In this document: one piece after another, positions 26,169-35,622 of the stretch
How the letters are laid out: every line of letters begins with the position of its first letter
Numbering within the stretch: the first letter of the stretch is position 1
Assembly: GCA_965208505.1 (NCBI GenBank)
Contig: OZ242339.1
Location: forward strand, 621,040 to 685,039
Direction: 5' to 3'
DNA from: Acidimicrobiales bacterium
GTDB lineage: Bacteria; Actinomycetota; Acidimicrobiia; Acidimicrobiales; Bin134
DNA: 64,000 bases
The notes under the pieces: generated by a model
What the model saw: the letters and a program-made list of their open reading frames with translations, nothing else
The model's database searches: none
What the model was told of the DNA's origin: nothing
Translations under genes and position numbers: made by a program

Positions 26169-26517
26169 GTCAGAGTGGGAGGTAGAGCTTGAGCCGGAAG
26201 TCCGGGATTGGTACTGGGCCCTTGATGAGGAGTTCCAGGGAAGGGTCGATTTCCGTATTGATCAGCTGGCGGACAAAGGATCGCTGTTGGGTGAGCCGCT
26301 TTCTCGGCAGCTTCATGGGAAGTTGCGGGAATTGCGCTTTTATCTGGATGGTCGGCCGACTCGGATCACTTACTGGATCGCGCCAGGTCGCAGGATCATC
26401 TTGTTGACTGTGTTCGCGAAGAGTCGACGCCGGGAACGCCGTCAGATTGAGCGGGCGAAGAGGGCGATGGAACGCTGCATGGCAGAAGGGCACAGGGTGG
26501 AGGATGACGATGGGTGA
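26167..26517 (+). CDS. RelE/ParE-superfamily toxin (Gp49/HigB-like)
   Basis: LGEPLSRQLHGKLRELRF, RITYW, IILLTVFAK. Confidence 0.85.
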   Translation: MSEWEVELEPEVRDWYWALDEEFQGRVDFRIDQLADKGSLLGEPLSRQLHGKLRELRFYLDGRPTRITYWIAPGRRIILLTVFAKSRRRERRQIERAKRAMERCMAEGHRVEDDDG

Positions 26518-26857
26518 GCGGGCTTCGTGGAAGGACGTGAGGGGCCTGAGGTCGGAAGAGGCAGATAGGGCCTATGAGGACGAGGCCCGGATCAGCGAGT
26601 TCCAGGGGTTGGTCTACCGGCTGCGCACCGAGGCGGGATTGACCCAGGTGGAGCTGGCTGAGCGCATGGGAACCACCCAGTCGGCGGTAGCGCGGATGGA
26701 AGGGGGCGGGACTCGGCCGACGCTGGAGACTTTGGAAAAGCTGGCTGTGGCAGTAGACCAAGAGCTGGTAGTGGGCTTTGGCGAAGACCTGAGCCGGAAC
26801 CGCTCGATTGCCAAACTGGTGAGCGATGGCTACGCGGTCATTCGCCCGGTTGCATGA
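26504..26857 (+). CDS. XRE HTH antitoxin (HigA-like)
   Basis: AGLTQVELAERMGTTQSAVARMEGG. Confidence 0.85.
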   Translation: MTMGERASWKDVRGLRSEEADRAYEDEARISEFQGLVYRLRTEAGLTQVELAERMGTTQSAVARMEGGGTRPTLETLEKLAVAVDQELVVGFGEDLSRNRSIAKLVSDGYAVIRPVA

Positions 26858-26881
26858 GGAGCAGCGGTATCTTCCGAGGCA

Positions 26882-26916
26882 GGGTTCAACTCGATTCCTA
26901 CTCAGTTGCGGCTGAG
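26882..26916 (-). pseudogene. Relic of a DNA methyltransferase 3' end
   Basis: 18-bp exact and 31/35-bp match to 25062-25096; reads LSRN*VGIELNP versus LGRNWAGIELNP. Confidence 0.6.
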
Positions 26917-26929
26917 GGTTGAGTTGAGG

Positions 26930-28189
26930 TCATGCTGGGGTCCAGAGGGTGCTGATGGGGCGCATGTGGAGTCGGTCGCCGAGGGTGGCCGCGTGTGCTC
27001 CGGTGTGGAGGAGGACGCCGGTTTGGAAGGTGCCGGGGTTGGTGCTGTCGAGTTTTTCGCGGAGCCAGCGGAGGTTGTCGAGGTGTTTGAGGGCGGGGGA
27101 GGTGGTGGCCTTGACCTCGACGGCGACCACACTACCGTTCCTTGCTTCGAGCACAAGGTCGATCTCGCGCCCTTGGCGGTCGCGATAGTGCGAGAGGGTG
27201 CAGCGAGTGGGCAGGGCCTCAAGTTGGCGGGCGATCTCGTTGAAGGCGAATGTCTCCAGAAGCGGCCCCGTTGCGGGGTGGGTGGGGGAGGCCAGCGCGT
27301 CGGCGTTGGCGCCCACAAGGCTGGCGGCAAGGCCCGAGTCGGTGATGTGGAACTTGGGACGGCGACCGGCTTTGGGCCAGAGGCTTCGCGACCATGCGGG
27401 TAGCTCTTGGATGAGAAACACGGTTTGGAGCCACTCAAGGTACGACACGATGGTGGGAGGGCTCACCTTCAGGTCTCGCGCCGCGTCTGAGACATTGATC
27501 TGGTGGCTGGTCAAAGCTGCCGTCCACTGGAGCAGAAGAGGCAGCGAGGCGGCCTTGCGGATGTCGGCCAGCGCAGTGATGTCCCGCTGGGCCACCGTCT
27601 CGATGTAGTCGTCGAACCAGTCGTAGCGGTCTTCAGGGTCGGCACTTATGGCCTCCGGGTAACCGCCTTGGGTGACGAGGGCAAGATATTGGGCCTTGGT
27701 TAGCGGTGAAGCGGGTGTCGGGCCTGGTTCTCCCTCAAACCATCCCGTGATGGGCGTGGGGCGGACACCCGACAGCTCAGCCTGCGACAGCGGCCCCAAA
27801 CGAAGAATCCGCACACGACCGGCAAGCGACTCGCTGATGTTGGGCACGGTAAGGAAGTTGGTCGATCCGGTGAGCAGAAAGCGACCGGGTGTGGGGTCGC
27901 TGTCCACTAGCTGCTTGATGGCTCGGACGACTCGGTCTCCGCCGAGTTGAACCTCATCGATAACCAGGGGTTTCTCAAAGTGCGACAGGTAGTCGATAGG
28001 GTCGTCCAAAACCGCCTGGCGGTGCACCTCGTCATCCAAGGAGATGTAGGCGCCGCCGCTTTCCTCAGCCACCACTTGGGCAAGCGTGGTCTTTCCGCAT
28101 TGTCGGGCACCGTGGAGCATGACCACTCGTGAGCGCTCCAGCGCCCGCTCAAGGCGGGGTCGAAGATGACGGGCGATGAGGCTCATCAC
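26930..28189 (-). CDS. AAA+ ATPase with C-terminal DUF4143 (PD-(D/E)xK-like) domain
   Basis: GARQCGKTT, IDEVQ, FLLTGS, ESLAGR, EIDLV...VEVKA. Confidence 0.88.
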   Translation of the reverse strand: MMSLIARHLRPRLERALERSRVVMLHGARQCGKTTLAQVVAEESGGAYISLDDEVHRQAVLDDPIDYLSHFEKPLVIDEVQLGGDRVVRAIKQLVDSDPTPGRFLLTGSTNFLTVPNISESLAGRVRILRLGPLSQAELSGVRPTPITGWFEGEPGPTPASPLTKAQYLALVTQGGYPEAISADPEDRYDWFDDYIETVAQRDITALADIRKAASLPLLLQWTAALTSHQINVSDAARDLKVSPPTIVSYLEWLQTVFLIQELPAWSRSLWPKAGRRPKFHITDSGLAASLVGANADALASPTHPATGPLLETFAFNEIARQLEALPTRCTLSHYRDRQGREIDLVLEARNGSVVAVEVKATTSPALKHLDNLRWLREKLDSTNPGTFQTGVLLHTGAHAATLGDRLHMRPISTLWTPA

Positions 28190-28222
28190 CTGATGATAAC
28201 ATTAATTCGAAAGTTGCCCAGA

Positions 28223-28276
28223 AGATAATTTAATAATCGTCTTCTAGATAATTAGAATAACGTCCATGAGATAGTT
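28223..28276. repeat. Degenerate AT-rich 23-bp-period repeats in the ATPase promoter region
   Basis: AGATA(A/G)TT at 28223, 28246 and 28269. Confidence 0.55.
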
Positions 28277-28320
28277 GCAAAACAGATGTTTCTGCGACAC
28301 GCCACTAGGGTCGGTGGGTG

Positions 28321-28794
28321 ATGGGGCAGCAGGAGGGTTTGGCAGGACTCACCGGGGCTGAGGTGGTGTCTTTGTTGGGATTGGCACCGCTGCCGGAGGA
28401 GGGGGGAATGTGGCGGGAGGTTTGGCGGGATGAGCGGAGCACGGCCATCTATTTCTTGCTTCAGCCGGGGGACTTCTCGGCTATGCATCGGTTGGATGGG
28501 CCGGAGCTGTGGCACCACTACTGCGGGGCGGGGGTGGAGATGCTGTTACTGGGGCCAGATGGAGCGGTGGATAGGCCGGTGCTGGGTGTTGACCTAGCGG
28601 CGGGGGAGCGGCCTTGTGTGGTGGTCCCGGCTCATACCTGGATGGGGGCTTCGACTCGGGGTGAGTGGTCGCTGGTGGGGACCACGATGGCGCCGCCCTA
28701 TCACCACGAAGGCTTCGAGCTTGGTGACGCCGACCAGCTCATCGAGCAATATCCAGCGGCGGCAGCGGAGATTGCTGGACTGGTGCGGTCGTGA
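28321..28794 (+). CDS. Cupin_5 (DUF985) protein
   Basis: LPEEGGMWRE, STAIYFLL, ELWHHY, TMAP. Confidence 0.85.
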   Translation: MGQQEGLAGLTGAEVVSLLGLAPLPEEGGMWREVWRDERSTAIYFLLQPGDFSAMHRLDGPELWHHYCGAGVEMLLLGPDGAVDRPVLGVDLAAGERPCVVVPAHTWMGASTRGEWSLVGTTMAPPYHHEGFELGDADQLIEQYPAAAAEIAGLVRS

Positions 28795-29546
28795 CCGCAT
28801 CGCCTGCTGACTTGTTGGACCTCACCGGCAAGGTAGTGGTGGTCACCGGTGCGGGCGGAGGTATTGGGGCAGGCATCGTTCGGCGCATGGCCGCGGCCGG
28901 GGCCTCGGTGGTGGCCCACACTCGGTCGTCGGCGGTTGACCTGAGTGGGGGAGAGGCGATTGAGGTGCGTGCCGACCTCACTGCTGAAGATGGCCCTGCG
29001 ACGGTAGTGGGCGCTGCCCGAGAGCACTTCGGCCGCATCGACGCGCTGGTCAACAACGCGGGGATCCAGCCGGTGGCTCCGTTCACCGAGCTCGACGACC
29101 AGCAGTGGGGCGAGATGATCGACACCAACCTCACCGCGGTGCATCGGTTGACCCGGGCGGCGGCCTCGGCCATGGCGGACCAGGGGACCGGCGGATCCAT
29201 CGTCCACGTCGCCTCGATTGAGGCTCAGCACCCCACTCCGGTTCACGGCCACTACGCCACCGCCAAGGCTGGTCTGGTGATGCACGCCAAAGCCGCCGCT
29301 CTGGCCTGGGGCCCGTATGGCATCAGGGTCAACTCGGTGTCGCCGGGGCTGATCGACCGCCCGGGATTGGCCGATGACTGGCCTGAGGGCGTGGGGCGCT
29401 GGATGGCCGCCGTCCCGCTGGGGAGGATGGGTACCCCCGAAGATGTCGGCGACGCCTGTGTGTTCTTGTGCTCCGATCTGGCCCGATGGATCACTGGCGC
29501 CGACCTGGTGGTGGACGGCGGCGTTCTCACGAACCCCACCTGGTGA
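28791..29546 (+). CDS. SDR oxidoreductase
   Basis: TGAGGGIG, NNAG, YATAK. Confidence 0.92.
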   Translation: MTASPADLLDLTGKVVVVTGAGGGIGAGIVRRMAAAGASVVAHTRSSAVDLSGGEAIEVRADLTAEDGPATVVGAAREHFGRIDALVNNAGIQPVAPFTELDDQQWGEMIDTNLTAVHRLTRAAASAMADQGTGGSIVHVASIEAQHPTPVHGHYATAKAGLVMHAKAAALAWGPYGIRVNSVSPGLIDRPGLADDWPEGVGRWMAAVPLGRMGTPEDVGDACVFLCSDLARWITGADLVVDGGVLTNPTW

Positions 29547-29583
29547 CTGCTCTATTCCGCATTCCCCAGAACTTTGTTGCTAC

Positions 29584-29604
29584 GACTAATAGGAATAGTT
29601 AGTC
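29584..29604. promoter_or_regulatory. Operator candidate upstream of phd-vapC
   Basis: GACTAA-N9-TTAGTC inverted repeat followed by further TAGTC/TAAGTC copies. Confidence 0.45.
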
Positions 29605-29661
29605 TAGTCATCGAACTAAGTCATATCTGTGAGCACAGAATACCAGGCAGGAGGATCAATC

Positions 29662-29907
29662 ATGACCGCGATGGTCAATGTTCATGAGGCGAAGACCCAT
29701 TTGTCGAGGCTGTTGGAACGAGCCCATAGCGGCGAAGAGATCATTTTGGCCAAAGCGGGCAAGCCCTATGCCCGGCTTATGCCATTGGCACCTCGCGAGC
29801 GTCGGCGTTTAGGGCAGCTAGCCGGCCTTGAGTTGGGTCCTGAGTTCTTCGAGCCCCTGCCAGAAGAGGAGCTTGCGGCGTGGGAGGGTGCGTACTCAGG
29901 TGAGTGA
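29662..29907 (+). CDS. Phd/YefM antitoxin
   Basis: VNVHEAKTHLSRLL, GEEIILAKAGKPYARL. Confidence 0.9.
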   Translation: MTAMVNVHEAKTHLSRLLERAHSGEEIILAKAGKPYARLMPLAPRERRRLGQLAGLELGPEFFEPLPEEELAAWEGAYSGE

Positions 29908-30289
29908 CCTGTTGCTGGATACCCATGCACTTCTTTGGTGCTGGTCGGATAATCCAGTGCTACCGCATTCAGTCAGAGATGCCGTCACCGATCCCGACAA
30001 CGACGTCTTCGTTAGCGCGGCGAGCGCGTGGGAAGTGGCCACCAAGTTTCGGCTCGGCCGGCTGCCTGAATATGAAGGCGCTGTGTTGCGGTTCAACGAG
30101 TTCTTGATAGACGCATCGATGCGGCATCTGCCGGTCACCTACCAGCACGGACTGCGCGCTGGCAGCTATACAGCCCATCACTGGAACCCGTTCGACCGGA
30201 TACTGGCAGCCCAAGCGGAGTTGGAATCGCTTGTGTTGGTGACCAGAGATGCCGCGTTCCAAGAGTTCCCCGTCCAGGTTCTTTGGTGA
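29900..30289 (+). CDS. vapC: PIN-domain VapC toxin
   Basis: LLLDTHALLW, VSAASAWE, NPFDRILAAQA, LVTRD. Confidence 0.9.
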   Translation: MSDLLLDTHALLWCWSDNPVLPHSVRDAVTDPDNDVFVSAASAWEVATKFRLGRLPEYEGAVLRFNEFLIDASMRHLPVTYQHGLRAGSYTAHHWNPFDRILAAQAELESLVLVTRDAAFQEFPVQVLW

Positions 30290-30293
30290 ACGC

Positions 30294-31304
30294 ATGTCTC
30301 CAGCGATGACGACGAAAACCATTGGGGTAGTAGGTACAGGGGTAATCGGGTCTGGGTGGGCGGTGCGGGTGCTGGCCCGGGGGTACGACGTGGCGGCCTG
30401 GGATCCGGCTGATTGCGGCGAAGTGCGGTTACGGGCGGCGATTGAGCGGGCTTGGCCGGCGGCGACGGAACTGGGGCTGTTCCCTGAGGCCGATCCGGGA
30501 CGGGTGCGGTGGGTCGAATCCCCTGAGGAAGCGGCAGCGTCCGCCGACTGGGTGCAGGAAAGCGCCCCAGAGGACGAAGAACTCAAGCGTTCCCTACTAC
30601 GCCGCCTCGACGATGCCGCCCCGCCCCACACGGTGATCGCCAGCAGCTCGTCGGGGCTTTTGCCCACCCGCTTGGCCCAGGGCTGCGCCCACCCTGAGCG
30701 ACTGCTCATCGGCCATCCGTTCAACCCGGTGTATCTGCTGCCGCTGGTGGAAGTGGTGGCCGGAGAGGCCACCAGCCCCGACGCGGTGGCCGCGGCGGTG
30801 GAGCACTACGACGATCTGGTCATGCACCCGCTGGTGGTGCGCACCGAGATTGAGGGCTACCTGTCCGACCGCCTCCAAGAGGCCCTGTGGCGCGAGGTGC
30901 TGCACTTGGTGAACGACGGGGTGGCCACCACCGCCGAACTGGACGACGCGGTGGTTTATGGCCCCGGACTGCGCTGGGCGGCCATGGGGGCCAGCCTCAC
31001 GTTTCATCTGGCCGGAGGCGACGGGGGGATGCGCCATATGCTCAAGCAGTTCGGCCCCGCGCTGAAGCTGCCCTGGACCCACATGGAGGCCCCCGAGCTC
31101 ACCGATGAGCTAGTCGAGGCCATGGCCTCCGGCTCCGAATCCCAGGCGGCCGGGCGCTCGGTGGTTGAGTTGGAGCGCCAGCGGGACCAGAGTCTTTTGG
31201 GGGTGATGCGGGCGCTGAGCGAAACCGGGATTGGTGCCGGCCAGTTGATCACCGAAAGAGATGCCCGAATCCAGGCCGCGAACCGGGCAGCCGACGACTG
31301 CTAG
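30294..31304 (+). CDS. L-carnitine dehydrogenase-like 3-hydroxyacyl-CoA dehydrogenase
   Basis: GTGVIGSGW, QESAPE, HPFNPVYLLPLVE, DRLQEALWRE, QFGPALKLPWT. Confidence 0.8.
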   Translation: MSPAMTTKTIGVVGTGVIGSGWAVRVLARGYDVAAWDPADCGEVRLRAAIERAWPAATELGLFPEADPGRVRWVESPEEAAASADWVQESAPEDEELKRSLLRRLDDAAPPHTVIASSSSGLLPTRLAQGCAHPERLLIGHPFNPVYLLPLVEVVAGEATSPDAVAAAVEHYDDLVMHPLVVRTEIEGYLSDRLQEALWREVLHLVNDGVATTAELDDAVVYGPGLRWAAMGASLTFHLAGGDGGMRHMLKQFGPALKLPWTHMEAPELTDELVEAMASGSESQAAGRSVVELERQRDQSLLGVMRALSETGIGAGQLITERDARIQAANRAADDC

Positions 31305-32854
31305 CTCCCGACGGCGGCCTTCTCCCGAAGGCGATACTCGGGCACCAGTGTGGCCAGCACCACAGCCAGCACGGTCACGGGGATAGCCCACCAATAGAGG
31401 TCGGCGATTGCGTTGGCGAAGGACTCCACGATGCCGTCGCGAACCCCGGCGGGCTCAATGGCGCCGATTTGGGTGGGCACCGCGATGAGGGCCTCGATGT
31501 CGAGCTGATCGCCCCCCGGCACCACTCGCGGGAGGTAGTGATCGAGCCGGGCGATGAAGATCACTCCCAGCGCCGCCGACCCGAATGTCTGGCCCAGCGA
31601 GCGGAAGAAGTTAGACGCCGAGGTGGCCGCTCCTAGATCGGCGTGGGGGACGATGTTCTGCACTGCCACCAGCAGCACCTGCATGATGGCTCCCACCCCG
31701 CAGCCGATCGTGAACAGGTAGGCCATGGCCGTCCAGGTGGTCGTCTCCGCACTCATGGTTGACATCAGCCACATCCCCGCGGTGAGCACACAAGCCCCGA
31801 AGATCGGCACGGCCTTGTACCGGCCGGTGCGGGTGAGGACCTGTCCGCTGCTCACTGAGGTGATCAGCATCCCCAGGGTCATGGGAACCAGCAGCAGCCC
31901 CGACCGGGTGGCGTTCACGTCGGTAACCACTTGGAGGAACAGCGGCCCGAAAATGCCGGCGCTGATCATGGCGGCCCCGGCGATGAACTGGATCACACAG
32001 GAGATGTTGAACAGTCGAAGCCGGAACAGCCGGGGCGGGAGTATGGCCTCGGCCACCCGCCGCTGATGGACGATGAACAGGGCTAGCCCGCCGACCCCGC
32101 CCATCAGCAGCCCAACTGATGGAGCCGACATCCAAGCCCATGAGTCGCCGCCCAACTCCAAGGCCAAGATGAGGGCGATGACCCACATCAGCAGCAGACC
32201 GGCGCCGGTGTAGTCCACCCGGGCCTCCCGGCGGGTGTATGCCAGTTCCAGGTGGGTGACCGACATCACCAAGGCGAACCCTCCGAGGGGCAGCACCATG
32301 AAAAAGATCCATCGCCAGTGGGCGTAGTCCACCAGCAAACCCCCGGCCAGCGGCCCCAAGATGGTGGCCAACGCGAAGATCCCGCCCATGTAGCCCTGGT
32401 ACCGCCCCCGCTCTCGGGGCGACACCACATCGGCCAGGATGGCCATGGAAAGAGTGAACAGCCCGCCGGCGCCCAGCCCCTGGACTGCCCGGAACACGAC
32501 CAGCATGGTCATGCTCGAGGACACGCCGGCCAACACCGACCCGGCCATGAAGATGGCGATGGCGGTTTGGTAGAGGCCCTTGCGGCCCCAGAGGTCCGAC
32601 AACTTCCCCCACAACGGCGTCGACGAGGTTGACGCAATGAAGTAGGACGTGAATACCCAGGTGTACAGATCCCGCTGACCCAGGTCTCCAATGATCGTGG
32701 GGAGGGCGGTGGACACCACCGTGCCCTCGATGGCCGCCATCATCTGAGCCAGCATCAGCGTTAGAATGATGACGAGTACTTGGCGTTTGGGCAGGTTGCC
32801 GCCCTCCGAAGGGGTACTATCACTTATCGAGATAGATTTATCAAAACTATTCAT
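31301..32854 (-). CDS. MFS DHA2 (EmrB/QacA) transporter
   Basis: WGKLSDLWGRK, RERGRYQG, 14-TM pattern. Confidence 0.9.
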   Translation of the reverse strand: MNSFDKSISISDSTPSEGGNLPKRQVLVIILTLMLAQMMAAIEGTVVSTALPTIIGDLGQRDLYTWVFTSYFIASTSSTPLWGKLSDLWGRKGLYQTAIAIFMAGSVLAGVSSSMTMLVVFRAVQGLGAGGLFTLSMAILADVVSPRERGRYQGYMGGIFALATILGPLAGGLLVDYAHWRWIFFMVLPLGGFALVMSVTHLELAYTRREARVDYTGAGLLLMWVIALILALELGGDSWAWMSAPSVGLLMGGVGGLALFIVHQRRVAEAILPPRLFRLRLFNISCVIQFIAGAAMISAGIFGPLFLQVVTDVNATRSGLLLVPMTLGMLITSVSSGQVLTRTGRYKAVPIFGACVLTAGMWLMSTMSAETTTWTAMAYLFTIGCGVGAIMQVLLVAVQNIVPHADLGAATSASNFFRSLGQTFGSAALGVIFIARLDHYLPRVVPGGDQLDIEALIAVPTQIGAIEPAGVRDGIVESFANAIADLYWWAIPVTVLAVVLATLVPEYRLREKAAVGS

Positions 32855-33003
32855 ATAGGATATCGTGACGGGCGCTATTCGAGCGCCTAACTTTTTATAC
32901 TGAAAGCAGGCGGATCACTAAGCAATTGCTTGGTGTTTCGGCTGTGGAAGCAATAGCAAAACGGAAAGTGCCCCCGGACTCGAACGGGAGGCGATGGGTG
33001 GAG

Positions 33004-33300
33004 ATGGCAATGGAGCCTCGTCCTTGGTGGATGGAAAATGCGAACTGCAAGGGGAAGAGCGAACTGTTCTTCCCCCCGGCCGGGGAGCGCCCCTCGGCAC
33101 GTGAGCGGCGGGAGAATGCGGCTCGTCGCATCTGCGGCGAGTGCGTGGTGATTCGGGCGTGCCGGAGTTGGGCTCGCGACCAGCGCGAGCTCGGCTTCTG
33201 GGGCGGCGAGTCGGAGATCGAGCGGGCAGAGGCGGGCTTCGCCCCCTCCACTCCGGTCATCGGTCTGCGGCGCCACCGCACCGAGCGGGAATCGGCCTGA
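33004..33300 (+). CDS. WhiB-family Fe-S transcriptional regulator
   Basis: C..LFF..CGECVVIRAC..GFWGG. Confidence 0.88.
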   Translation: MAMEPRPWWMENANCKGKSELFFPPAGERPSARERRENAARRICGECVVIRACRSWARDQRELGFWGGESEIERAEAGFAPSTPVIGLRRHRTERESA

Positions 33301-33349
33301 GCCGACTGCACTGATCCGGCGCCGGATGCAACCGGCGCCGTCAACCCCC

Positions 33350-34252
33350 TCATCCCACGACGCGTCGGACAAAGGCCGCGATGGCCTCGGTTCCCTCGAT
33401 CGCCTCGGGATAGTTGGGGTACATGATCTGAAAGTCGTGGATCATTCCCGGCCAAATGCGGAGATCCACCTCGACTCCTGCTGACTCCAGTGCGGCGGCG
33501 AATTCGGTGGCGTCGTCCAGCAACACCTCATGGTCTCCGGCGTGGACCAGCATCGGGGGCATGCCCTCCCACTCGCCGAAGAGCGGCGAGGCCAGCGGAT
33601 CATGGGGATCGTGGCCGTCCAGATACCAACTTGCGGCGGTCACCGCGTCGTCGTGGCCGAACATCACGTCCAGCTCGTCGCGCTCGGTATGGCTGGTCGA
33701 GGAGTTGGTCAGATCGACCCACGGCGACAAACACACCCCTGCGCCCGGCAGCGGCAATCCCTGGTTGCGGGCCCCGAGCATGACGGCGCCCACTAGCCCT
33801 CCTCCAGCGGAGTCGCCGATGAATGCGATGCGGGCCGGGTCGATCCCGGTGTCCAGCATCCAGCGGTAGGCGGCCAGGCAGTCGTCAACGGCGGCCGGGA
33901 AGGGATTTTCCGGGGCCAGTCGGTAGTCGATCAAGAGCACCCGGGCCGGTATCAACGAGGCCAGATGGGACCCGAAGCCCTGGTGCGAGATGATGGAGCC
34001 CACCCGGTAGCCCCCGCCGTGGAAGAACAGCAGCGCTGGCAGGTTGTCCGGATCATGGTCTTGGGGGTGGAGCCATGCGGCACCGGGCACACCGGGGATC
34101 TCCACGTCTTCTTTGACCACCCCGTCGGCCAGCGGCGTGGCGGCGGAGTTGGCATCCAGTCGGGCGCGGCGCTCGGCGGGCGTCTCGGAGGGGTCGGGTT
34201 TTGGCGCGGACGCCAGCATGGACCGCACAGCTTCGAATTCTGGGCTTGGCAT
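33350..34252 (-). CDS. HSL-family alpha/beta esterase
   Basis: HGGG, GDSAG, DYRLAPE, HDF. Confidence 0.92.
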   Translation of the reverse strand: MPSPEFEAVRSMLASAPKPDPSETPAERRARLDANSAATPLADGVVKEDVEIPGVPGAAWLHPQDHDPDNLPALLFFHGGGYRVGSIISHQGFGSHLASLIPARVLLIDYRLAPENPFPAAVDDCLAAYRWMLDTGIDPARIAFIGDSAGGGLVGAVMLGARNQGLPLPGAGVCLSPWVDLTNSSTSHTERDELDVMFGHDDAVTAASWYLDGHDPHDPLASPLFGEWEGMPPMLVHAGDHEVLLDDATEFAAALESAGVEVDLRIWPGMIHDFQIMYPNYPEAIEGTEAIAAFVRRVVG

Positions 34253-34361
34253 TCCCGGAGACTAACGCCTGCCCAGCGGGCCCACGGGACTTGGAAGCGG
34301 ACCTTCGGTGGTGCGCCACGGGTTCTTGGCCGAGCCGGGGCGGCGGTAGCCTTAGCGGGCG

Positions 34362-35216
34362 ATGACCGGCGAACTGCGACTGCTCACCATCCACGCCCAT
34401 CCCGACGACGAGGCGTCCAAGGGGTCGGCGACGGTGGCCATGTACGCAGACCAGGGTGTGTCGGCCTCGCTGGTGTGCTGCACCGGCGGGGAAGAGGGAG
34501 ACATCTTGAACCCGGCCATGGACCACCCTGAGATTCGAGACAATCTCAACCAAGTCCGCCGGGACGAGTTGGTGGAGGCCGCCGATGTGCTTGGCTATCG
34601 AAGCCTCCACTGGCTGGGCTATCGCGACTCGGGGATGCCCAAGAGCAACGCCAACGCCGATTCTCGCAGCTTCGCCCAGGCCCCTCTGGAAGAAGCCGTC
34701 GGCCGTCTGGTGGCCATCATCCGAGCCGAGCGCCCCCACGTCGTAGTTACCTATGGGGAGGACCAGCAGGGCTACCGCCACCCCGACCATCTGCGGGTGG
34801 CTGAGATCAGCGGCCCGGCGTTCGATGCCGCTAGCGACCCCGATGCCTTTCCCGAGACGGGAGAGATGTGGCAGCCGCTGAAGATGTACTACGTGACCTG
34901 GTCCCGGAACCGGATCACTGCCCTTCACGAGAAGTTTGGCGAGCTGGACCTGGAGTCCCCCTATGACGAGCGCTGGTTCAGCCGGCCGTCCAACGACGAC
35001 GCCATCACCACCCGCATCCAGTGCGCCGCCTACTTCGACCGGCGGTCCAAGGCGTTGCTGGCCCATCGTACCCAAGTCGATCCCGACTCCAAGTTCTGGT
35101 TCGGCCTGCCCGACCACCACATGGCCGATGCCTATCCGTGGGAGGACTACGTGCTGGCCCGCAGCCTGGTCGACACCGAGTTGCCAGAAACCGACCTGTT
35201 TGCAGGAATCGCCTAA
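34362..35216 (+). CDS. mca: Mycothiol S-conjugate amidase
   Basis: HAHPDDEASKG, ILNPAM, HPDH, ALLAHRTQVDP, ETDLFAGI. Confidence 0.85.
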   Translation: MTGELRLLTIHAHPDDEASKGSATVAMYADQGVSASLVCCTGGEEGDILNPAMDHPEIRDNLNQVRRDELVEAADVLGYRSLHWLGYRDSGMPKSNANADSRSFAQAPLEEAVGRLVAIIRAERPHVVVTYGEDQQGYRHPDHLRVAEISGPAFDAASDPDAFPETGEMWQPLKMYYVTWSRNRITALHEKFGELDLESPYDERWFSRPSNDDAITTRIQCAAYFDRRSKALLAHRTQVDPDSKFWFGLPDHHMADAYPWEDYVLARSLVDTELPETDLFAGIA

Positions 35217-35220
35217 AACG

Positions 35221-35616
35221 ATGAGCCGGGCCCGGTATCTGAGCGATGAGTGGTTCGGGTTGAACCTCGAGTTGGCCTCTGGGTGGCCGGAGCGGCCGGG
35301 GGTGGACTGCTCGGCCAACTTCGAGGTGACCGGTGCCCCCGACGGCAAGGTCCGCTACCACGCGGTCTTCTGCAACGGCCGCTTGGTGGAGATGGCCTCG
35401 GGCAAGTTGGCCGACGCCGACGTCAGCGTGGTTTACAAGTACGCCGATGCCTGCGCTGAAGTGGCCGCGGGCGAGCACCCCGATCTGGCCTACATGTCGG
35501 GACGGATGAAGCTGGAAGGCGACTATGCCCGCTGGGTATACGGGCTGCGCCCACTGCTGGACTCAGCAGAATACGGTGCCTACCGGTCGGCGCTGGCCGA
35601 TATCACTGACTTCTAG
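35221..35616 (+). CDS. SCP2 sterol-binding domain protein
   Basis: YLSDEW N-terminus, AYMSGRMKLEGD. Confidence 0.75.
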   Translation: MSRARYLSDEWFGLNLELASGWPERPGVDCSANFEVTGAPDGKVRYHAVFCNGRLVEMASGKLADADVSVVYKYADACAEVAAGEHPDLAYMSGRMKLEGDYARWVYGLRPLLDSAEYGAYRSALADITDF

Positions 35617-35622
35617 GGGTGC

